In this document: in pieces, positions 57,030 to 64,000 of the stretch | How the letters are laid out: each line of letters opens with the position of its first letter | Position numbering within the stretch: position 1 is the first letter of the stretch | Source: Candidatus Cloacimonadota bacterium | GTDB lineage: Bacteria > Cloacimonadota > Cloacimonadia > Cloacimonadales > TCS61 | Direction: 5' to 3' | Length of the DNA: 64,000 nucleotides | Assembly: GCA_030621085.1 (NCBI GenBank) | Contig: JAUXIJ010000007.1 | Span: forward strand, 1,220-65,219 | Made by a program: the position numbers and the translations under genes | Notes under the pieces: generated by a model | What the model was told of the DNA's origin: nothing | What the model saw: the letters and a program-made list of their open reading frames with translations, nothing else | Database searches by the model: none

Positions 57030-58292
57030 ATGTGGATTATTACTCTTTTAATAGTTTTCATATTTTTTATTCTATCTGCCTTTTTCTCCGGAATGGAAAC
57101 AGGGCTTATCTCTATTGACCGGATGAAAATGGAGCAGCAGGCTAAGAAAAGTAAAAAGAAAAAACAGATATTAAGCGTACTGGAAAACCCTGACAAACTT
57201 TTTGGTACTACTCTTTTTGGAAATAATATTTCTGTTGTTATTGTTACTTCACTTTCCATTCTCCTGATAAACACCTTCAACCAGAAAAATACTTTTCATG
57301 TTTCTGAAAGTGCTGCCACATTGATCATTGCAGGTGCTATCCTTATTTTTGCTGAGATCATTCCCAAAGCATTGTACCGGGAAAATCCAAATAAACTCGT
57401 TACACGTGGATTTCTATTTCTCAGGTTCTTCAGCCTTATTCTGCTGCCTTTTGTTAAATTTGTCTCTCTCTTGAATTCTCTTTTAGCCAGAATGTTCAAG
57501 TTATCAGAAAAGAACGGTTTTCATATTTTAACACGCGAGGATCTTTCCTACATGCTGACAGAGACAAAGGATGACGGCATCCTGCATGAAGATCAACGTG
57601 ATATGCTGGAAGAAGCCCTGGAATTTACAGAGTTGGATGCAGAAAATGTTATGATCCACCGAACTGAAATCGTAGCATTTGAAAAAAATACTCCCATAGA
57701 AGAAGTAATATCCGTTGCCAAAGAAAAAGGCTTTACCAGGTTCCCTGTTTATGATGAATACCTCGATCATATTACTGGTATCCTCATTATTTATGACCTG
57801 ATAAAGAAGGATAATGTTGGTAAAATGAAAGCTTCTGATTTTGTGAGGGAAGCCTTCTTTGCCCCGGAAACAATGGATGTGGATAATTTGCTTGCCGAGA
57901 TGCAGGCAAATAAAAACAGTATGGCTATTATCGTTGATTCCTTTGGTGGAACTGCCGGACTTGTAACTATCGAAGATATCCTAGAAGAAATCGTCGGTGA
58001 AATCGAAGATGAATATGATACCACCGCTCCCATGGAAGTTGAAAAGATAGGAGAAAACCATTATCAAGTGCAGGGGTTTGTCGAGATCGATTTTCTGAAT
58101 GATGAATATGAGATGAACCTGCCGGAAGGTGATTATGAAACAATTGCCGGGCTCATTATCGAGAAGTTGGAAAAGATCCCCCGCCAGAATACCAAACTTA
58201 CTATAAATAAGTGGAACATAACTGTCCTGCAGGTTTCCGATGTAAAGATCCTGAAACTGGAAATGAAATATATTGGCGATAAAAAAGCATGA
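57030..58292 (+). CDS. CNNM/CorC-HlyC family protein (DUF21 TM domain + CBS pair + CorC_HlyC)
   Basis: 420 aa with four N-terminal TM helices, a CBS-pair region and C-terminal ...ETIAGLIIEKLEKIP. Confidence 0.8.
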   Translation: MWIITLLIVFIFFILSAFFSGMETGLISIDRMKMEQQAKKSKKKKQILSVLENPDKLFGTTLFGNNISVVIVTSLSILLINTFNQKNTFHVSESAATLIIAGAILIFAEIIPKALYRENPNKLVTRGFLFLRFFSLILLPFVKFVSLLNSLLARMFKLSEKNGFHILTREDLSYMLTETKDDGILHEDQRDMLEEALEFTELDAENVMIHRTEIVAFEKNTPIEEVISVAKEKGFTRFPVYDEYLDHITGILIIYDLIKKDNVGKMKASDFVREAFFAPETMDVDNLLAEMQANKNSMAIIVDSFGGTAGLVTIEDILEEIVGEIEDEYDTTAPMEVEKIGENHYQVQGFVEIDFLNDEYEMNLPEGDYETIAGLIIEKLEKIPRQNTKLTINKWNITVLQVSDVKILKLEMKYIGDKKA

Positions 58293-59500
58293 TAATAAAG
58301 ACCAATATCCTGAATCCTGTTTCTTTACAAAAAGCAGAATTCTTCCCTGATGTCTTCATCTCAATATCGCAAGGTAAAATAAGCTCTATTTCCAAGGCAA
58401 CTCTAAGTCACGATTTTATCAATCATTCAGATCTGATCTGCATTCCGGGACTTATTGACACACATGTGCATCTTTCCCAATTCTATATTCGCGGTTCACA
58501 CAGCCCGAATCTACTGCACTGGTTGAACACTTACACTTTTGCCGAAGAATTCCGCTCGAAAGAACCGGACTATGCCAGAAAAGTTGCTCAGGATTTTTTC
58601 CGTGATTCCATTAAAAAGGGAACTACCACTTCTGTTATTTATACAGCACCTTTCAAACAGGCATGTGAAATTGCATTTGAAGTTGCACAGGAATTTGGAG
58701 TGCGTGCTGTCATCGGTAAAACCATGATGGACACTGGTTGCCCTGATTTTCTAAAAGAAGATAAAAATACATCTTTCCAGGATAGTGTGGAACTCTTTGA
58801 AAAATGGAATAAAAAAACCGATCTTCTGGAATATGTTTTCTCACCCCGATTTGCGCTTACCTGTTCCGGTGAATTAATGCAGCTTATCGGTGATTTTGCA
58901 AAAGAAAATGATGCTTTCATTCAAACCCATCTTTCCGAAAATTATGAAGAAATAAAGACCACTCTCCAGCTTTTCCAGGATTGTGAAACCTACACTGCTA
59001 TTTACCGGAAATATAATCTTCTGGGACCCAAAACCATCCTGGGTCATGTACTTCACGTGGATGATAAAGAAATCGATATCCTGCGTAAAACCGGCATTAA
59101 GGTTGCCCACTGCCCCGATTCTAATTTCTTTCTGAAAAGCGGTATGTTCCCACTTCAGCGAATCAAGGAAGCAGGTATAGATCTTGCCCTGGCTTCCGAT
59201 GTGGCGGGTGGTACTTCGCTCAGTATGCTGAATGTAATGAAGATGTGCAGCTTCCGCCAGGACGATTACGTTGTATCTCCGCAGGAAGCATTTTATTATG
59301 CTACTCTGGGTGGTGCCAAAGTGCTGGGTAAAGAAAATATTATTGGATCAGTAGAAGAAGGTAAAGATGCTGACCTGGTATTCCTCAAAATTCCTGAGCA
59401 AAACAAATACAACTGCAGTGAACTGCTATCCAAGCTCATTTATATAAATGAGGAAGTTGAAATAATCTCTACAATGGTGGCTGGCAGGAAGGTATTTTAG
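58289..59500 (+). CDS. guaD: guanine deaminase (amidohydrolase superfamily)
   Basis: PGLIDTHVHLSQ, LLHWLNTYTFAEE and GTTT as in guanine deaminases. 4-nt overlap with the upstream gene. Confidence 0.7.
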   Translation: MIIKTNILNPVSLQKAEFFPDVFISISQGKISSISKATLSHDFINHSDLICIPGLIDTHVHLSQFYIRGSHSPNLLHWLNTYTFAEEFRSKEPDYARKVAQDFFRDSIKKGTTTSVIYTAPFKQACEIAFEVAQEFGVRAVIGKTMMDTGCPDFLKEDKNTSFQDSVELFEKWNKKTDLLEYVFSPRFALTCSGELMQLIGDFAKENDAFIQTHLSENYEEIKTTLQLFQDCETYTAIYRKYNLLGPKTILGHVLHVDDKEIDILRKTGIKVAHCPDSNFFLKSGMFPLQRIKEAGIDLALASDVAGGTSLSMLNVMKMCSFRQDDYVVSPQEAFYYATLGGAKVLGKENIIGSVEEGKDADLVFLKIPEQNKYNCSELLSKLIYINEEVEIISTMVAGRKVF

Positions 59501-59912
59501 TACAACCTCATCCTGCTGTCCTTCTCCCAAACGGAGAAGGAACATAAGAAACGCAAGAAGAATGACTCTATCCAGATTCCGTTGTCATTCCCATGCACTG
59601 TGTCCGGCTTTTGACGGAAACGGGAATCCATGTTTTTCAACTTTAAAAGCACTAAGGAACTTATTTATTTCACACTATGTAATTATTTCGCAATAAGTTA
59701 ACTCGATTTTTTTCACTTGACGTTATATAAATCTTTTTTTACTAAGTTTTTATTATTAAAATAATAATGATTTAACTTTAGATCAGAGGACAAAATAATG
59801 AATGTAGAAGGATTTTTTTTGGGCTCAGGTTTTGCATTATAGTGCTAAGTTTAGTCAAAAAATTTTTACATAATGAATACTTATTATTTATAAATGATGG
59901 AGGAAAATTATT

Positions 59913-61097
59913 ATGTCCCATATAGTTGAATTCACAGTGAAAGGGTTAGCTGGAAAGTCTGAACCAATTCATAAAAAATTAGATAGGCATCTAAATATCT
60001 TTTATGGTCTTAATGGAAGTGGGAAAACATCTCTATTGAAAATATTACATTCTTCTATGACCGGAAATGCTGAGATTCTAAGAAATGTACCTTTTACTGA
60101 AGCAACAGTTAAAATTTATTCAATTTTGTATAACAAAATTTTTACTCGTAGTATTAGCAAAAAAATGCTAATAGAAGATTCATCTTTAGATTTGTTTCCT
60201 GAACATCTTGAAAAATCAGAAATTACTGACATTATTATAAAACGTCATCAAAGAAATGAACAAATTCGTTGGACTCAGGCACCACAAATGAGCGAAGATA
60301 AAGAAAGCGAAATAACTTCTTGGCAACATCGATATTTACCTACTTCTCGTTTGCATCTTACAGAGGATATGCGTTTAAGTCATTCAGAATTCCTACCTGA
60401 TAAATCACTAACAGAAGAACAACTTGATATTTTCTTTGCTGAGTCACTTAAAAAACTTTGGAAAAATTACTCCTCAGACATATTAATTGCGGTTCGAAAG
60501 GCTCAAGAAGAGGGACTTGCTAGTATATTAAGAGCCGTTCTTTCAACTGCTAAGAAAAGATCAAAGACACAAAATAATATTGATTTAGAAAAAGCTTATC
60601 TGAGCGTGAAGAATTTCCTTAAACAACAGGGATCTCCACGTATCATTGGTAAATTTGAGGACTTTTTACAACGATACAAGACAGACGATTCTCTTCAACA
60701 GGTTGTTCAGGATATTTACGCGATAGAACTTCAAATTGATGAAGCTACGGCTCCACAGCGACAATTACAGAAATTAATAGGAAATTTATATAGCGGAAAT
60801 AAAAAAGTTATTTTTGAAGATATGGGTATTTCTGTCCGTGATGAAAATGATAAACTGATAAGTTTAGCTTCACTTTCTTCGGGCGAGAAACATCTTATAT
60901 GGATTTTAGTTGAAACTCTTTTAGTAAAAGAAAGTAGTATTATGGTGGATGAACCAGAATTATCTATGCACATTGATTGGCAAAAAAAACTTGTTGCTAT
61001 CATGCAAATATTAAATCCTAAAGCTCAGTTTATTCTTGCTTCACATTCACCGGAAATTATGGCTGATGTTGCAGATGATAAAATACTATCATTATGA
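59913..61097 (+). CDS. ABC-type ATPase (AAA_15/21-like), AriA-like component of a PARIS-like defence pair
   Basis: Walker A GLNGSGKTSLLKIL, ABC signature LSSGEKHL, Walker B IMVDEPELSMH, H-loop ASHSPEI. 394 aa. AT-rich (19/60 GC in a 60-nt sample at 59941-60000). Confidence 0.65.
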   Translation: MSHIVEFTVKGLAGKSEPIHKKLDRHLNIFYGLNGSGKTSLLKILHSSMTGNAEILRNVPFTEATVKIYSILYNKIFTRSISKKMLIEDSSLDLFPEHLEKSEITDIIIKRHQRNEQIRWTQAPQMSEDKESEITSWQHRYLPTSRLHLTEDMRLSHSEFLPDKSLTEEQLDIFFAESLKKLWKNYSSDILIAVRKAQEEGLASILRAVLSTAKKRSKTQNNIDLEKAYLSVKNFLKQQGSPRIIGKFEDFLQRYKTDDSLQQVVQDIYAIELQIDEATAPQRQLQKLIGNLYSGNKKVIFEDMGISVRDENDKLISLASLSSGEKHLIWILVETLLVKESSIMVDEPELSMHIDWQKKLVAIMQILNPKAQFILASHSPEIMADVADDKILSL

Positions 61098-62017
61098 GTA
61101 GATTAAGACATTCAAAAAATGGATTTATCCGAAGTCTCCAAATATCTCGTTATAATCTTTTTGCTTTTGTTGAAGGTAAGGTTTGTGACCCTTATTTTTA
61201 TGGTAAACTTTGTGATATCACGTGTTCTTCATCGAATTATCAATATGAAGTACGGATAGCTAAAGAATTACCAAATAATTCTGGAGGCAAACAAGCACTG
61301 GTTAATTTTTATAAATATGTCCGAACAAAAAAAAAATTATTATCTGATTTTCATGGGAAAAAGACAGCATTAGTTTTTTTTATGGACAAAGATATTGATG
61401 ATATTTTAAGAACAAAATGCAGATCTCCACATGTCATTTATACACAATATTATGACTTGCAAAATCAAATATTTAAGCATTCCAATTTTGTAGAAGGAGT
61501 TGCAGCAGCTTTATCTATTGATCCTAATCTACTCAAAAGTAAATCACTTTTTATTAATGATTGGTGTAAAGTAGTTGCTTTTCGTTGGAGAGAATGGATA
61601 GCATTATGCATTCTTGCTCAAAAGTATAAAGTAAGAAATAGTGCTAATTATAGGCTTACTTCCCAAGTAAACCATTCCCTTAACGGTTCACTAGATACAT
61701 TAAAATATAACCAAAAACTAGAAGAAATTCGTTTATCCCTTAGTTGGAATCATACAAAAATAGCAAAGGAAATCGGTAAATTGTTAAAATACGTTGATAA
61801 ATGCTTTTTAAATGAAAATCATGATAGAATATTTAAAGGCAAATGGTATAACACACTGATAGAAATAGATTTAAAGGATACTTTTAGAGGTCATCCTCTT
61901 AATTTTCAAGGAGTTGCTAAAAGAGTATCTCCCACATTAGTAACGACATTGGATTTTTCTAAACCTTGGTCTGAACATTTTACTATTCCTTTGAAAACCA
62001 TAGTAAATATGTTATAA
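61094..62017 (+). CDS. DUF4435/TOPRIM-like nuclease, AriB-like component of a PARIS-like defence pair
   Basis: 307 aa. FAFVEGKVCDPYFY (Toprim Glu) and FFMDKDIDD (DxD). ATGA overlap with the ATPase gene. Confidence 0.6.
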   Translation: MSRLRHSKNGFIRSLQISRYNLFAFVEGKVCDPYFYGKLCDITCSSSNYQYEVRIAKELPNNSGGKQALVNFYKYVRTKKKLLSDFHGKKTALVFFMDKDIDDILRTKCRSPHVIYTQYYDLQNQIFKHSNFVEGVAAALSIDPNLLKSKSLFINDWCKVVAFRWREWIALCILAQKYKVRNSANYRLTSQVNHSLNGSLDTLKYNQKLEEIRLSLSWNHTKIAKEIGKLLKYVDKCFLNENHDRIFKGKWYNTLIEIDLKDTFRGHPLNFQGVAKRVSPTLVTTLDFSKPWSEHFTIPLKTIVNML

Positions 62018-62221
62018 AATTGTATTATACTGAATAATGCAATGGAACTAACAAAAACCTTAGCAAGCAATTTTTATTTAATTTCTTAAAATTTTTTACC
62101 ATATGCTGATTCAATTTTGAAAACCGAACCAAACGTTTTATAAATATAAGATTCAGATTAATAACTAAACATGCAAATAAGAAGTGAACTTCGGACAGAA
62201 CAATGATCTGTTTCTACATTC

Positions 62222-63115
62222 TTAATTCTTAATTTTCCTCTTCACCTGCACCAGCACAGCACCCACAGCAGCGATCAGCATGCCTGTTCCTTCCTGCAAG
62301 GTAATGCTCTCACCCAGAAAAACCCAGGCAAGAATTGCTATCTGAATCAGCATTGTACCATTAATAATACTGGATTTCATGGCAGTGAGTGTACGCAGAG
62401 TTACATTCCACAGAGTAAAAGCAAATGCTGTATTGATGCCTGCCAGCCAGAGCAAAAATAGCCAGTTCCGTAAATTTAATAATGGTATTCCATCTTTGGC
62501 AAATCCAATAATTACCAACAGAAATGCTCCCACTCCCATACTCACAAATGTAACCACCATAGGACTGATGTTCCTGCTGCGATTTACGCTCCTCCCGATG
62601 ACGGCTGAGAGGGCATTTGCCAGGATACCAATTCCCATTATTGTCAGTCCGATACCCCGGCTTCCTGCCAGATCTACCGGGAAAAAATAGGTGATGATGC
62701 CCTCAATGAACAGCACAGCTCCACTCCATTGCAGGAGAGAGGGTTTTTCACTCAATAACCATATCCCCATTATTGCTACGATGATCGGTGTAAAATTCAG
62801 CATCAAGCTCACAGTAACCGAGGGCAAGAAATACAACCCCAGAAACATGCAGCCCTGGGTGAAAGTATAAAAAACAAGACCCAGCAATATGAGTTTTTTC
62901 CACTGAGTTTTAGTCAGTTGTTTCAGTTCGGTGATGTATTTCTTTTTGAGGAAAAAAGGAATAAAAAAGAAAAATGCCAGCATGTAACGCAGTCCGGCAA
63001 AGGTTATAGGTGGAATTTCCACTAAACCTTTCTTAATAATAATAAAGGAAGTAGACCACAAAAATGTGACCAACAGCGCTTGCAAGATTGCTTTAATATG
63101 ACTGGATTTTTTCAT
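62222..63115 (-). CDS. EamA/DMT-family transporter
   Basis: 297 aa, about 10 TM helices in two EamA-like halves. Confidence 0.8.
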   Translation of the reverse strand: MKKSSHIKAILQALLVTFLWSTSFIIIKKGLVEIPPITFAGLRYMLAFFFFIPFFLKKKYITELKQLTKTQWKKLILLGLVFYTFTQGCMFLGLYFLPSVTVSLMLNFTPIIVAIMGIWLLSEKPSLLQWSGAVLFIEGIITYFFPVDLAGSRGIGLTIMGIGILANALSAVIGRSVNRSRNISPMVVTFVSMGVGAFLLVIIGFAKDGIPLLNLRNWLFLLWLAGINTAFAFTLWNVTLRTLTAMKSSIINGTMLIQIAILAWVFLGESITLQEGTGMLIAAVGAVLVQVKRKIKN

Positions 63116-63280
63116 TGGTTTCTTAAATGATTTTACAGCTAATGTGTCAATATTATCTCCCCTTCCGCACCTTCAAACTTCTGCCCTTTCTTTCTTTTAC
63201 ACTCACACTTTTTCTAACAAAAAAATTGACTTAAAACAGTACTAATTTAAGCAGTCTATCAGTTATTAGAGGAGCATGGA

Positions 63281-64000
63281 ATGAACAATAAAATTTATAT
63301 AACCTTATTTATTTTTTTATTGATCTACTTATCATTAAATGCAGAAGATCCCCTCATCATAAGAGAGAATACGAACTTCGCCTGGGAAAGTAATTCTGTA
63401 ACTTTGGAAGATGGAGTCGTCAGCATTTGGGCAGACACAAAAACCAGCGTCTGGAACATCTATATCCAAAAAGTAGATGCTGCTGGAAACATGCTGTGGA
63501 ACAATGGTGAACCTCTCCTTCTCGACGAGAAGATAAACACATTTTGGGGAGCAAAGAAAATTGTAGCTACCAGCGATAATTGTGTGATATTGATATGGGT
63601 TAACTGGACAGGTATAAATAATTATAGTAGAATGTATGCTCAAAAAATCAGCAGTTCAGGCGAAATACTCTGGTCACAAAACAACGAATTACTGGTCGAT
63701 AATACTTTTATATGTTATCCATATCTCATTGCCAATGACGTCGGCGGCGCATACATATTTTATCTTGATGGTGAGAATAGCGGGATCATGGGTATAAATC
63801 TGGATGCGGATGCCATTGATCTCTGGTCGGCAAATCCTGATCCGCTTTTTACGGATGTCAGTTTAAGAGATATCGTCTCCGATAATTACGGCGGTTCTAT
63901 CATTAATTACATTGAGCTTTCCGGTGACGAAAACCTGATGGCTGCCCGTATCGATTTTGACCGGGAAATTCTATGGAATCAGGTAGTAGCTGTTTCGCTG
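63281..64000 (+). CDS. secreted repeat protein, paralogue of 40951-43914 (5-prime partial; runs off the window; absent from the ORF track)
   Basis: ATG 63281 follows GGAG. I translated 240 codons by hand and found no stop. Signal peptide present. Repeats SIWADTKTSVWNIYIQKVDAAGNMLW and LIWVNW...RMYAQKISSSGEILW match the blade motif of the 987-aa protein. Confidence 0.75.
   Translation, partial: MNNKIYITLFIFLLIYLSLNAEDPLIIRENTNFAWESNSVTLEDGVVSIWADTKTSVWNIYIQKVDAAGNMLWNNGEPLLLDEKINTFWGAKKIVATSDNCVILIWVNWTGINNYSRMYAQKISSSGEILWSQNNELLVDNTFICYPYLIANDVGGAYIFYLDGENSGIMGINLDADAIDLWSANPDPLFTDVSLRDIVSDNYGGSIINYIELSGDENLMAARIDFDREILWNQVVAVSL

Overview
This is a 64-kb window from a low-GC bacterium. The lineage is probably FCB-superphylum or Cloacimonadota-like. 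That is an inference from several secreted proteins with T9SS-type C-terminal sorting domains ending in KMLLLK, from the fermentative purine and amino-acid gene content, and from a dense load of REP-like palindromes.

Housekeeping content:
- A ribosomal and translation block: rplM-rpsI, rpsB-tsf-pyrH-frr, and rpmE-DUF1385-prfA.
- pmbA and tldD, guaD, a PrsW protease, and envelope and T9SS cargo genes.

The largest functional unit is a roughly 19-kb anaerobic purine-catabolism supercluster (7231-26059). It is homologous to the E. coli ygfK-ssnA-ygfM-xdhD and ygeW-yqeA region. It holds two xanthine-dehydrogenase-family enzymes (one with fused Mo and FAD subunits), SsnA, YgfK, two carbamoyltransferases, carbamate kinase and two fold-type-II PLP enzymes. 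Two selfish-looking four-helix-bundle (23S rRNA IVS / Avd-like) gene cassettes interrupt it.

At least five short AT-rich defence-type islets sit between the core operons:
- A nuclease-NACHT STAND NTPase (158-3409).
- A Fic protein with an operator array (5579-6718).
- An AbiEi/AbiEii module followed by a 4-TM protein plus HEPN-like pair, with a convergent FRG-domain gene (27240-31325).
- A solitary HEPN gene (49508-50260).
- A PARIS-like ABC-ATPase plus DUF4435/TOPRIM pair (59913-62017).

Several of these islets are bracketed by direct repeats of 46 to 175 bp.

Other notable signals:
- A 350-bp structured non-coding repeat is present twice, and one copy abuts a truncated DJ-1 gene.
- REP-like palindromes are inserted in frame inside coding sequences.
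- A T9SS beta-helix gene is split by an in-frame TGA.
- A secreted-protein gene is frameshifted.
- Ribosomal protein S2 carries a Lys/Ala/Glu-rich tail containing a 111-nt tandem duplication.

I found no rRNA, tRNA or CRISPR array. All functional calls rest on motifs read by eye, and no database search was run.
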